From Lama guanicoe (taxonomy: Eukaryota), in the NCBI GenBank assembly GCA_013239625.1, contig MU054391.1, positions 1,672,711 to 1,736,710 on the forward strand: DNA of 64,000 nucleotides, in the 5' to 3' direction. The notes under the pieces were generated by a model. The model saw nothing but the letters and a program-made list of their open reading frames with translations. It did no database searches and had not been told where the DNA came from. Every line of letters starts with the position of its first letter. Position 1 is the first letter of the stretch. A program made the translations under genes and the position numbers. Below are positions 12,854 to 25,816 of the stretch, in pieces.

Positions 12854-13637
12854 CTGGTTTCAAAACAGTAGAAAAGAAAAGAAAATTATAAAGCTGATTC
12901 TCAAAATAATACCTTAAGCTTCTTAAAAGATAATAGGCTTGTATACATTTTTATTTGAATTACGAGAACATCATACAAAAACACTGCCTTTAAAAATCAA
13001 ACCAACAAAACTAACATTTTGTTGACGAGTGCTGTAGTGTGGTCTTACAGAAGAACTCTGGACCAGAAGGCAAAAGCTAAGTTTAATTTCTGGACCTGAA
13101 ACGCACTAAACTTGTGGACACTCACGCCACACACGCTCGTCACCCTTCACAGCTTCGAACCTAAATGAGACACCCAGGGAAGGCGGAAGGACTTCGCGGA
13201 CACAGAGGCTCAAGAGAAACACAGAGCAGCGTCAGTGCTGAGTGCTGGCGTCACGCAGGGGCTGCCTGGGCGCCTCCCCACGGGGGTCAGATCCCGCTCC
13301 CACACGGAACTGGGGGCTGTCAGTTACTGCCGGAGCTCTTTCACACCCAGGACCAGGTGTATCCATAACCTCACTTTGCATCACCTTGCCTCTGCAAGTT
13401 TTCAAAGACAAGGGTCACCTCTAAGCTCACTCATCTCCAAGAGGTGTGGGCGTGCGAGGGGCTCCGGGTCTGGGGACCTGCCCCTCGTGCATCCTTGCCA
13501 GGACCACTCTCCTGCCACCTGTCACTGCTACCAAGTAATCAAACGATAAGCGGATCCCGCCTAACCCTCTGCAAGTTCTGCAACACGATACCTTTCCATT
13601 TGAAGCTTAAAAAACGCAGCCTTTTTGGTTTACTTAC

Positions 13638-13737
13638 AAAGGATGGCCTGGCCCCCAGTAAACACCGATCCCTGCTCGAGCCCTCCTCCGCCCATTGCTA
13701 GAGCAGCAACCGTCAGTGTAGACGACAACATAGTCCC
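13638..13737 (-). CDS. RNASEH1: Ribonuclease H1, exon 4
   Basis: [34 protein letters not shown], includes catalytic Asp of YTDG; cacag acceptor, GTAAGT donor; 100 nt. Confidence 0.98.
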
Positions 13738-15379
13738 CTGTGAGCGGGAAACAGAGGGGGCGGGTCAGGGTCACTGAGGGCTGAAATTCACCTACACCAT
13801 CTACGAAGGTTGAACTGGCATCTTAAGCTCAGAGGGCGTTCCCAGCGCTGCGGCAGTGCTCTGTGCAGGGAAACGTTACCAGCTGCTCGCATGGGAACAG
13901 ACTTCTTGCTTGGAACCCACTGCCATTTCAGGTCTGTGTCAAGTCATAGGTGAAGGCAATCACTCTGTAAGCCTGGAACCCACTGCCGTTTACATCCCCT
14001 GCTCCAGAGGTCAGCGAACACCACCGCTGTCCCTCTCCTCACAGGGAGGGCAGGCCACGGTCACTCTGGAGCTGTCCCTACAGACAAACAGTGCCTTGAT
14101 GAGGACCAGCCTGCTAGAAGGTCACGTCCTCTGGCAAACGTCAGCCTAACTTTTTCTCTTGGTCCTTCTGCCACTCGTGAACTGTGGTCCCGTCTGCTCC
14201 CCGCCAAACGCAGAGCCTCACTGGTGCACCAGCGCTGCGGAGAGTGAGGTGGGGGAGGGGGGACACCAGGCCAACGGACCCCGCTGACCAGCAAAGCGCT
14301 CTCTGCGGGGGGGTGTGGGTCGCCAGGTGTCCAAGGGCAGAGGGGTGGCGCACACAGAGGCCGTGCTCTGTGAGGTCAGAGGAGGGCAGACTGAACAGGC
14401 AGAGGCAAAGGGAGAGGTGGCGAGGTGTCAGAGGATGGAGGAGCGGTTCCTGCCCAGAGCAGGGCTGGCGGCCATGAGAACAGGGTGCCGGCCAGGAAAC
14501 CTCCCTCAGCCGAACGCCATGCTGTCAACACGACGGCCTTCCCCGTCACCGACTCCGTCCCAGCAGCAGCACCTGCCCGGCCCTGCGTTAGGTGCCACCG
14601 TGCTTCTGACGCTCCGGGTCCCCTGGAGAGGGCTCCTCTCCCAGGCACCCACAAGTGTTTGCCTCCATTACTACTGGTAAATAATCAGACCAAGGGCACT
14701 CGGTTTTGTTTTCCACATAACTGCAAAATCGAATCAAAGTTCTGATACAGCTGCCTGGTTATCTGCCCTATGAAATGGCTTCTTTCAGGGAAAACCCGGA
14801 CCCTCGTAACATAGCAGCTTATGTGAAAAATGCCGTCTACTCCTACTTTCTATGCACACACGTGAAAGACAAAACGAAGACATCGTACTTAAGTCCTAAA
14901 TATAAACGACTGACTCGGGGAGTTCGAGGCAGAGAAGACTTCACGCCCGTCGTGCTTTGGGGACAAGGCAGCGCAGCTGCTGCTCTGCAAAGGCTGCACG
15001 TCACAGGCTAAGGCCTGCTGCCGACCAGTGAGACAAAGGAGCTCTGTCCAGGGCCTTTCTTATTTGAAGAGCCGACGTTTTTGCATTCTCTCAGTAACCT
15101 GAGATACTCTGCACAGGAAATAATGCTATTTACAAAGATTACAGTGGTTTTCATTTGTAGCCTGTACGACAGTTCCACGAATGTCCAAAACGTTAATTCT
15201 GTACCATTTGATTAATCATAAGACAGTGACCTCACAGATTTTTAAATAACCCTTCAAGGTAAGAATGTTAAACTTCACCGCAAGTTTCCCTTCTTAAAAA
15301 AGTGAGAAAGGCTTTTACACATAAAAATATATTTGTAAGATCATATCAAAAATTTTAAAAATCCAAGGAAACCACATAC

Positions 15380-15541
15380 CCATGTAAGAAAACGTGTCTC
15401 TGTGACCCGAAGGCAGCGGCTCCGCGTCCTGTTTCACGTGCTTTGCACGTGGCTCTGTGTTTTCACCTTCACCTTCATCCCCGGGCTCACGGAGTCGCTT
15501 GTCTGCTTTCACTTGAGACTCCTGAACGCGTTTATTCTGCC
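15380..15541 (-). CDS. RNASEH1: Ribonuclease H1, exon 3 (connection domain)
   Basis: GQNKRVQESQVKADKRLREPGDEGEGENTEPRAKHVKQDAEPLPSGHRDTFSYMG; tttcag acceptor, GTATGT donor; 162 nt. Confidence 0.96.
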
Positions 15542-17993
15542 CTGAAAGAGAGTGAAAGAGAGGGTCTACTCAAAAGCTAGAAACCAAGAACGCAACACAG
15601 AATAACTGAGAATCCAGCAGTTCACTAAGTCAGGCCTCAACATCCTCTGCAGGAGGCTCTCCAAAGAGGGAAGGACTCAGACAGTCCCCACCGTCACAGC
15701 GACGTCTGGGAAAAGCTGGATGAGGGCCGTGTGAAGACCAGAGCAAAGCTTATGCTGGAAAAGAACTCTGGTTTCAATGGAGACAGCAGAGACACCACGG
15801 GTGCTGAACTCTTCAAGGATCACAGACAGTTTGAAAATTTGAGGGGCTCTTTTCCCAGAAAAAACAAGGACCAAAATTTTGCATCTAAGTTGAGAACAGA
15901 TAACGGGACATACTTAGAAAGGGAAATGGAAACCAAAAGGCATTGGGGCCGGGCCCCGCAGGAAGAGCTGGGTCGGAAGCTCTCCTCCAGCAGCCCAGCC
16001 AGGGTGCACTTGCGGTTAACCCCCACAGGGGCTGGTCCCCGCAGGTTACCTGGGCAGCAGACTCTCATTCCCTCGTTCCTATTATTACAGCAGCTGACAC
16101 AGACCGGTCAGACTGGGAGTCAAAGCAGAGCCTCTGTCTGAGCTCTGCCTTTTACCTGCTGTGAGCTCAGCCAACTGACTCAGCCCCTGCCAGCTGCTGT
16201 GAAAGGCGGCCCTGCACCGGGTGATCCAAGATAGCCTCTCCTGTGCTGTCACTTTATGGGGTGGACACGTGGACACATGGACACAGGAGGAGAAGCCACC
16301 GTGCCCCAAGATGACAGCCTCAGCCCAACAGTGCAGAATCGCTTTTGCTCTAAAGCCCCAAACTGAGGACGGAGACACGGGGCTCTGGCGTTTACTGAGC
16401 ACCCGCTAGACTGGCACAAGCTGCAATCCCCCGCCAGGCATGGCTCCTCACCCCACACCCCTGGGAAGAATGTCAGGTCGTCCAGCAAGGCTGGAGTGAG
16501 GGCACCACCCACAGAGCAACGGCTGGTACTTCCGCTTGGCCATAGCTGTGTTACCTCACACTGACCTTGGGAACACTCTGCAGAAGCGAACCCAAACGCA
16601 CAGGCGCGTGTTAAAGGATGATTTTGCAGAACTTTAATATTAACATAAATGTTTTATTTGCTATAAGAGAGTGTTAAATTGAACTGGACATTGTTGAAGA
16701 ACAGGTAAGACTTTGAAGAAAAAGGAGACTATGGTTTTCACAATTTTTCCTTCACAAAACTTTGGTTTTTCTTTGAGTAAATTAACCCTAAACCAGCTTA
16801 TATAAACCACAATAACTAGCAAATAGCTCAGTAATCCCCCAATAAGGATAAATGTAAGATTAAGAGAAAAACTGGGAAAGGGGCTAACACAGCCACTTTG
16901 GGATGGTTCTCAAACAGCAGTAATGTTAAGTCTCAGCCTATATACATCACGTAAGTCACCGGTGGGAAGGTCTCTGTCAGCTCTGAAGAAAGATGGATTC
17001 ACAGATACAAAGAACTCCCCTGCCTTAGGATTGAGAGTAGTTAATAAGCAAACACCCTGGAAGAACTGAGGTATGAATAAATTACTAACTGGTTAAAAGG
17101 AAAACCTGTGAAAAGGAAGTACTGAGAACCTAACTAAGGAAGAGCCATACGTCCAAACTTGCTTTCTATCCCAAGCTGGTTTCTCTTTCAAGCAGGAAAT
17201 TCACCTGTGACATCACAGCCCCCTTTAAGGAGACGGAGGATGAAGCACTGCACAGTGAGTAGGGGTCTCCCTGCTTCAGAAACGTGTTTTTCAGGGTGGA
17301 TTCCTAGTGTGATCTGCCCTCCCCGCCATCCTCGAAGTCTACTTCGTCCAGAATTGTTATGACACCACAGAGGAGCAGTGCTCAATGCCCGAGCATCTCG
17401 GCGGGCTCGAGAGACTGTTTTAAAAAAGCTGATTTAAAATGCCCTCTGGTCAGTCTTAACCCACTGTAGTAAAAGTCTGTGAGTGAATGTAATGAAGGCA
17501 GGCTCTAATGTATTTGTAGACTTTCGTGCTCTAAGCAGTCACCCTCAGTTCTGCTTACCTAATGTCCCTCATGTCAGGCTTTAAACTTCGGTGAAATACA
17601 CTTACTCTGAAACGTGTGAAAACAGAGGAAATTCCAATTGTGTGACTCTGTCCCAAGTAAGAAGGAAACACCACACAGGAGCACGGTGTGAGAAGAACCA
17701 CATTCATCATTTTAGAACTAGAGCCCATTTAATCCAGTAACAAGAATAAGTGTTTTTAACAGATGGAATTAAGTGCAGTGTGAACACTGAACGGAAGACG
17801 AGACCTGAGCCCGGCCCGTCTCTGACACTGTTACTAGCAGGAAACACTAGGCTTTCAGCCTGTTCCCTAATATGTAAAGTGGGAGCAGCCACAACACCTT
17901 CTCCGTCTGCACAGAGGGTAGCTACAGAGACCACGTGACACCTGGGGTACGGAAGGCTCTGAACAGGTTAAAGTGTCACAATGACGTGACTAC

Positions 17994-18109
17994 CTTCTGA
18001 ACCATCCGGGCTCGCAGAGTCTCTGACAAAGGCCCAGGCTTCCTCTTCTGTGGCGAATTTCTTAAATCTGGCCGCAGGAAACCTGTCCACCTGTGCTCTG
18101 CATTCGTTC
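17994..18109 (-). CDS. RNASEH1: Ribonuclease H1, exon 2 (hybrid-binding domain)
   Basis: [29 protein letters not shown]...; ttccag acceptor, GTAGTC donor; 116 nt. Confidence 0.98.
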
Positions 18110-19013
18110 CTGGAACAAAGCGAAGTGTTACTCCCTTCCTCCCTCTGTTACTTACCCTATTTCTTAAGGGGTTTTCTTAGGTTGGGCATAGAGTGAAGAA
18201 AGTTGGGGCTCTCGGCTCCTTGTGGGCAACGCGTCATGCCTTACTCTGCAGTTTTACCTTGCCTGTCCAACTCTTCACTCTCTGTCTCGCTATGTGCCAG
18301 CCATATGGTACACCAGCACCATAAGGCTTTCCTCAAACTCAAAAGCACACTACAATTTCGGTGTTTAATCATTTCATTGCAAGAGAAAGGTCCGCTTCTG
18401 AGCTGCCTCTTCCTCAGCAGCACAGCCGCATGGGAAACAAGTGCATTCACATAAACGCACGTGTGCTGACGATAAACCTTGATACTGTAGGGCGGGAAGA
18501 GTCCTGTTCGTGAATGAAAACACGTGGGTTCGAATCTTACACCTGTCACTCATTAGCCCTGTGACCTTCCTGCTCCCGGTAATTACACCCGAAAATGAGA
18601 ATAATCCCACCTACCTCGAAGGGTTGTTACAGGGACACAAACATTAGCTCACAACAATTTCGCTTTTTAAACACGGAGGGAAGATCAGATCCCTTTGAGT
18701 TCCACTACGTGTAACCGTTTGGAAGCTCTTCCATTACAACAGAGGGGAAGAAGGGTTAAGTAGAGGCCTCCGGCCACCCCCCGACTACAAGGGGCGTTTC
18801 TGATACTCCCAACGAAAACAAAAACGGGGCAGAGTGAAGGCCTCGGGGCGGAGTGAAGGCCTCCGGCCAGCACCTGCGGGCCGACGCCGCGGGCTCCCGT
18901 GCGCCCTGCCCCAGGCCGAGGGCCGCGCGCTGCGGGTGTGACAGCCGCCTCCTCGCAGCGGAAGCCGCCCACGGCCGCCCCCAACCCCCTTCGGGGAGGC
19001 GCGGCTCACTCAC

Positions 19014-19144
19014 CAGCTCAGGAAGACCCCGGCCTTGCGGCCTCTCCTCACGGCATAGAACATGGCGAGCCCGTGGCAGCCGCGGCCGCTGCAGCGCACG
19101 GCGGCCAAAACGACTCTGTGCGCCACGTTCAGTAGCCGGGTCAT
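19014..19144 (-). CDS. RNASEH1: Ribonuclease H1, coding exon 1 (mitochondrial targeting peptide and start of HBD)
   Basis: [47 protein letters not shown] at 19144, second ATG at 19063; GTGAGT donor; exons sum to 861 nt = 286 aa plus stop. Confidence 0.97.
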
Positions 19145-19147
19145 CGC

Positions 19148-19171
19148 TCACCCCCGGCCGCAGGCGAGCAT
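19148..19171 (-). promoter_or_regulatory. RNASEH1: RNASEH1 upstream ORF (MLACGRG*)
   Basis: ATG CTC GCC TGC GGC CGG GGG TGA, then GCG ATG of the main ORF; a short uORF is an established feature of mammalian RNASEH1. Confidence 0.85.
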
Positions 19172-20039
19172 CTCGGGTACCGGCCGCGCGCCACCATCAC
19201 ACAAGCCAAACTTCCGGCGGCGGCGCAGGAAGATGACGCATGAGGGCGTGGCCTGGGGCGGGGCCTAGAGCCGCGAGACTTTCTCGGTCATTAACTTCCG
19301 GTCCCTCAATGAGAAGGTGGGCACTGGGCTGGCGGGACTGGAGCGGGCGGGACCCAAGGAGGCCAGAGGCGGGGCCCAAGGAGGCCAGAGGCGGGCGAAG
19401 GGCGCGAGGTGGGGTCTAGGGGGCACCTAGTGATGGCCGGGGCGGGGCGGGCTGGGTGGGCCTGGGGCCCCGCCCTGTCCCCGCACCTCCCCCAAAAGCA
19501 GCTCGGGAGCTCGGCCCGCGCTCGGGTGAGCGTCTGAGGTCTCTGCGGGCTGGTGGCGGGATCCCCGGCCCAGATGCCGGCCGCCGCGGTTCTGGGGCGC
19601 CCCCGCGGTGCGGGTGCACTCAGGACTGCCAGCCACGCAGCTGGGGAGGCTTACTCACTGCTTTGGTGGCGGGAAGGACGCTGGGGTCACCAGCGAAAGA
19701 GAGGGAGGAAGGGCCATCTGGCCACCTGTGCTCTGATCCTGCCGGAGGGAAGGGGGAGGGGTGCGAGCGTGCGTCGCCGCTGCCTCGGTGCTCCGCTCAG
19801 CCGGGGGGCCCTTTTCTCCACTCCGCCCGCGTGGGTGTGTAGCCTGCGGGCTGTCCGGTCCTTAACGCTCTGGGACACAAGAAGAAAATGTAGTTGGAGA
19901 GGTAATTTCTTAGAATTCTGCCCAATACTTGACATTTTGCTCTGTTAGCAAATCAGCTGCTTTTAAGAGTCCTCTCCAATGACAAGCCTTGCTTTTCAAA
20001 TTAATTTTAAACTATCTTTCTTAATTTCCTTTAAGTCTT

Positions 20040-20360
20040 CAGTTCAACAAACGTCATCAAACACCTACTGTGTGCTACTCAGGCTCTGGGGATGCAAAAT
20101 TGAGTGAGACAGTCTGAACACCAAGGGATCCTTGAAATGGACATATGAACCAATGGACAACGAAAAACAAGCTGCTTGAGGTGTGTGTGCGAGGCAGTGG
20201 ACGGGGAGACTGGGGCCTGGAGGGCCAGGGAACACAATAGTGCCTGGGGAAGGTTTTGAAGGTTAAAAGGAGAGTTCATGCAGGTGAGTTAGGCAGAGAG
20301 AAGGAAGTGGGATGTTCCAGCAAGAAGGGACAGCAAAGGTGTGGTCAGGGTGCCCTGCCT
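20040..20360 (-). mobile_element. Decayed L2 fragment
   Basis: ttcaacaaacgtcatcaaacacctactgtgtgctactcaggctctggggat resembles the L2 3' end. Confidence 0.5.
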
Positions 20361-22498
20361 GTGGACTCGAACATCAATTTTTAAAATCTCAACTTTCCTA
20401 ATTTAAATTGGCTGTTGTCCATTCCTCATTCCTGATTGCACTTCAAGGTAGCTTTGTAAAAAAAAAAAAAAGTAGTCCTTATAAATCAATTAATAATTGA
20501 TGGTCGCCTCCCTTCTCCTGTAGGTGTATAGTGAAATCTAGGGATGTGCTGGTGACCGCTCTAAGGGTGACTGCAGCCCCTCTTCTTACGGTCATTCACT
20601 CCCCCTTCACATGGCCTTCGGAGCTCCTGTGGCCTCCAGGTGGTGCAGGCTAGGCCTTGGATATTCTCTTTCTACACTTGCTTTCCTTAGCAGCATCACT
20701 AGCCCATGTCCTCCCGGTGGTACTGGTTGAGTTATGAACACAGATGGTTCCTGGAAGAACTGATTTCAGATTAGGGAGCTGAAGTGGGAGTTGATCAGGG
20801 CAGTGGGCCAAAAGCAGAAGTTTTCACTTCAAAGCTCTGGAAGAACTGGGACACCAGCCAGGTGGGCGATCCAGCCAGGTGTGAACCAAGGACAGTGGTA
20901 CAGGGTAGGCGCAGCTGCCGACCACAGCGTTCCCTTGGGCAGGAGAGAGGCTGGGCCCGTGGGAAAGTGCTGCCTCACGGCTGCCTCCTCCTGCTAGCCT
21001 GATTCTGAGCTCAGACCTACTTAGGACTTGCTTTTCCATGTAAATTGCCTGGCTGTGGTCCTTTAGCGCAGAGAACTCACAGTCCCTACCAACTTACAGG
21101 TTGGAATTCTCTGAACATGTTCAGAAAATAATCCATGTGCCTTTCTACAGTTACAAAACTGTTTCTTTTGGCATTTCATTGATTACATATTTGAAAATCT
21201 CTTCTATCTTAATCTCAGGCTTAAAGTGTGTGACTTTACCTTCCCTGGGCAAAAACTGGCCCATTCTCAATGAGGTACTGAGCACTGGGCCAGAGTCAGA
21301 AGATACCTACCAGAGGGGATGTGTGCCCTCAGATAGATCCTTAGCTCTTTGGATTACATCAGCTGAAAAATAGGAATGAAAATTCCTGCCACAGAAAAGT
21401 CTTTTCTTAAATTGAGATATTAGGTGAAATAATAAATTAAGCACAGTGGGTGGCTTACTGCCTGGTGTATAACATCCTCAAGTAGAAACAGCTGTGCCCT
21501 TGTCTATTGTGATCTGTCCATTAGGGACAACAGAACCATCTGCTGTTTCTCGGGGTGCACTCAAAAATTCCGTAGATTACTGAGAGCCAGCAATACATCA
21601 GATGCTCAGCTAGACCTGGCCACGTGTGGCTACAGAGCATGTGAAACATGACTAATCCAATTACACTGGATTTTGAAGATTTGATGTGAAAATGCTACTC
21701 ATCACTTTTTGGGGGGAGAATAGTTATTTTTAATAAAAATATATTACTTACATATCTTGAAACGGGTTTATCATTTTAATGAATTACTAGGTATATTTTT
21801 TAAATTTTCTGCTTAATTTTTTATATGGTAAACAGCAAGAGATACAACTCAAATACATAAAACTTATTCAAATCTTCAATTATTTTTAAAAGTGCAGAAT
21901 CCCGTGGCCAAAAATCCTAAGAACCGCTGACCTAGCAAAAAATTATAAATGTACACGTGTAAAATAGTACATCCAAATAGTACCTGTGCTTGTAACTCCA
22001 ACTTACGTTTTCCTACAAGTTATATTTTTTCAAAAAAGTTCCTGCCAGTCTGTATCATATTTCTGTCAAACATGCTAGGATTTCCCAAAATGTGCTGTTT
22101 TGGATGGATAGTGCTCTGAAGTCGTCTCTTGCTTCAGAAATGACGTATTTGTTTCTTAGCACCCAGCGGTGTCCAGATGCCACAGAATCACTTTTTGCAT
22201 CATCAGAACTGACATCCAGGAAGCCTGTGCTAAGTACGGTACATACACAGCTGGAACTGATCCTACGATGTGACACTAGCACTATCCCGTTTGCAGGTGA
22301 GAAATGTCTGCATGGTGGGAGCCTCACGCTGCTGCAGTCCGCACCTGGGCACCTGTCCTGTAGAGGATTTAAAAATGGTAATAAAACCCAACCAAAAATT
22401 GCTAGACACTGTCAGTGATAAATACTCTTTCCAAGAAAATAAAACCTCTCTTGTTCATCTAAAAATGCTGTAGTTTCCTATTTTCACTACTAATCTTT

Positions 22499-22850
22499 TG
22501 TGAACATTAATAAACAGGAACCTCACTTAAAACAATTGCAGACCCAGCAGGAAGAGACCTGTCCTGCGTCTCCAGGAGGAAGCAGGTTACTGATTGCTCC
22601 TTGCCGGGCGGCAGCCCAGCCAGTGAAGTCAGTGCACTTCAACCCCTCCATCTCCTCCAGTGGGCTCCCAGTTTAGAGCAGCCCCTCCCAGTTCCCATTC
22701 TCCTCTATAAAAGAAGGTTCCTCTCTTCCATTCCCTGGACTTGCCTGTAGTTCCCCATCGATTGCACGTCCTGAGTCACAGTTCTTTACTATTCCCAAAT
22801 AAGCCCATTTTGCTGGTAAAATAACTGGCTGCATTACTGTTTTAGGAACA
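22499..22850 (+). mobile_element. ERV1-class solo LTR (MER34/MER39-like)
   Basis: TG...CA termini; TATA-like ctataaaa near 22705; aaataag near 22797; 4-bp TSD CTTT at 22495-22498 and 22851-22854. Confidence 0.75.
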
Positions 22851-23774
22851 CTTTAAAACAAACATTGTATTTCACATGGATGTTAATTCCAAGACCTCCC
22901 GGTTTTACAGTTGGTTCCAGCACATGCGCACTCAGCTGTATGTTCCTTTGGATCAGAAGCAGAGATCTTGCTTCAGGCGTGGTGTGGTCCAGCTCCTGGG
23001 GCGCTGGGCCCTCCTGCATCCAGCCCTGCCCTGCTCTCCTACCCCTAACCTGGGAAGCTCACATCTGTTCAATTCATGTTCCAGAGCCACCGTTTCTAGC
23101 TGTAGACAACTGGTGAGTGGCTTCAAGTCTGTTGTGAACTTTGAAAAATGGAGGAAATGACGCCGTGCACGGTGGCCGTGAATGTCAGCTGAGGCTGTGT
23201 GTGCTTCCCTAGCGTGGTCTGACCCAGTGTGTCCTCAGTGCCACCCCAGGTCTCCTCGTCCTGTGCGTGCAGATTAACTGGGAGGGATGGTGTCACTTTT
23301 GACGGAATATATTGACGATGAGCAAATTATCAGTTTATAGTAAAAATCAACAGTGTAAATATCTCTATAACTTTAAATGTTAATATCTAAGCAGTTACTT
23401 TCCATCTCCCTGACAGGTCATTGATGTCCAAAGGTCGTATTGTCATGTAGGAAGAGTGAAATTGAAACCGTCCAGAAGTAGCCAGTGACCTTGCTTGAAC
23501 TAAATGCATAAGATTTTCACATTCATTACAGGCTTGTGCATTTATTTCACCCCCACGTTTCTGACCCCGGCTGATAGATAATAATAATAGAAACCCTGCC
23601 GGCTGTAAGTGGAGGGGAGAGAAAAAAACCTGTTAAAGTCAGCCCATTCGTTCTTGATCGCATAGACAGTTCCGTAAATACATTTTACATTCAAGGACTC
23701 GTCGGTAAGTCTCCTTCTGTCACTTTACTAGTCACACTAGGCGCTGTGACTTGGAGGGGTAAGAATGACTTTGA

Positions 23775-25757
23775 CGTCCGAGCGCTCTCACCCACTGGCC
23801 TGGCTGGACTTCAAGCCATAGTCAAAGATTTTCCCAGAGTAACTGAAGACCTTCACAGATTTGCTGAGGAGTTTCATGCAGTCATTCACATTTATCAACA
23901 TGGTTTCTCTGACTCATATCAGCTAGTTCATATGCTCGTTGGCGAAGGCCAGGCCCAGCACTGGATGAAACACGAAATGGGAAATGGCAGAAGTCTCTAG
24001 AATTAGACCAACCCACTAACCTGTTATAAGATCAGGCTCAGGTTCCTGGGGCTTTTCCAAAGTCTGTTGATCGGTACAAGAATCAGACTTGCACACAAAG
24101 ATCTGATCAATCTGTTCATGACTATTAGGATCAACTTCAGATTGTTTCTTCAAAAAATTCTGGTCTTCAGATACCGATTCCCACCCGGATAGCTTTTACC
24201 TGTGTTTATCAGTGGGCTGAGCTGGCACCTTTCCCTCCTAGTAAAAAGTGCCAGGATGCAATGGGGAACTAGGTCCACTCAGATTTAGCTAATGCAGCAC
24301 ACCAGCCCTCTGGCACCTTGGAGAGGAGTCACCTCCAGGGAAGCCCGCCAGCGTCCTTAACCTTCAACCTCAGCAAGTGGAGGCTCCTAAACAAAATGAG
24401 TCCTCCTCGTTCCTGCTGTTACTGCGAAGACCAGATCATTCGGAAGGAAACGGTTACACATTCAAGCACTTCACCTGCCCCCAGTCGTTCTGACATCCTC
24501 CCAGTTCTCACTGGTGGAGCTTCAAGGAACCGTGGGGCTCTTCCCAGTCCTCCCTCCTGAGCAGCTTGGAGAAGCCCTGCTCCAGATGGAGGATGGGTCT
24601 CTTCCAGTCGCCAGGGACACCAGACCCACACTGTCAGGGCTCAGCCTCACTACTATAAACAGCCCCTTCCTCGGAGTGCTGAAGCAGTTCAGGTAGTTGT
24701 GTGTGGGGGGGGGGTGTCTAATGAACCTCAAGAGGTTCCTGTCTCTGGACCTGTCCCCTTTTGTTTAGACCCTTTGAGAGACACACATCCTGTCAACCTC
24801 GTTCCTCCAACTCCACCCATTTATTGGGAGAGACTTCAGAGAGAAGTATCATGCCAGAACTTACTTCTCCCAAAGGTGGAAATAATTCTAGGTTATCAAA
24901 GTAACCAGCCAGGTGAATTAACTGACCCCTCAACATCTTTTACTTGTTCCATCTCTGATGATTCTAGGGCTGTTTCTAGAAAATCTAGGATCATGTGTCC
25001 CTATTGAATCAGTTACCACCCTTCTTATGGGCAGAATCTCCAACTGATGCTGGCAAAATTCACAGCACACCTGCCATCAAAATTCAAATACATGCCTCAA
25101 AAACCTCTTCCCAGAAGTACTCAATACCCTCTAAGTAAGAAGTCCTTCCAGGCATAAAGCCCAAAGCTCAGGACCCCCCTCTCTTGTGCTGGGGACCAAG
25201 GGTGGAGGTTTGTCAGGGCAAGAAGCAAAAGGAAAAAAAAGAACTAGAAGTAACTACAAAAGCAAGAAAACAATAAACAAAGTGGCCTAAGTGCATACCT
25301 ATCAACAGCACTTTAAAAGAGGTGAGATGGCGCACCCAGGAAAGGGCCTTCCTGACACCGAAGGACAGAAAGCTGCTGCAACGAGAAAACCTGAGCCTTG
25401 ACCAGTGCTGCTTTCAAAGGAAGTTCACGGGCAAGAGGGAGACATGTAAACAATTAATGAACAGAAGCGTCAGTTAAACAGAGCAGGGGGACCAGAAGGG
25501 GGGATCTCACAGCCTGGGACGAGAGCAGAGCGCAGCAGGGAGAAGAAGGCCCCCTGGTTCCCGGGAGAGACTCAACCAGTGCAAAGCCATGAGCTCTGTT
25601 TACTCGAGCCCTTCCTGCTTTCTCTCCCCTCTCTGGTCATGTGGGGACTCGCATGTGGCTCGCCAGGGTTGCAGACCTCAAGCTGCGATTCTCTGTTGAC
25701 CCCAAATAAACTCATCTTTGCTGGAGAAATGTCTGGCAGTCCATTTGGTTCAGGTCA
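23775..25757 (+). mobile_element. Decayed ERV1 provirus: gag-pro-pol remnants, PPT and 3' LTR
   Basis: gag-like LQAIVKDFPRVTEDLHRFAEEF...YQLVHMLVGEGQAQHWMK; CCYC knuckle near 24415; RT-start LWAESPTDAGKIHSTPAIKIQI near 25025 and GWRFV near 25200; purine tract 25428-25444; LTR 25445-25757 with aataaa. Confidence 0.7.
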
Positions 25758-25816
25758 GGTAATTGGAAACTTCATCACTTTGTCATAAATTTAAAGAATG
25801 TGATTTTGTGTTTTAG

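Larger units (their letters stand above)
18840..19860. promoter_or_regulatory. RNASEH1: CpG island / RNASEH1 promoter
   Basis: Dense CpG; ETS motifs acttccgg near 19210 and 19294; CRE-like tgacgca near 19234; GC boxes ggggcggggc near 19255 and 19439. Confidence 0.85.

Noticed and set aside
23746..24000. Domesticated gag gene
   Set aside because: Only 84 codons, non-ATG start, and surrounded by stops and frameshifts.
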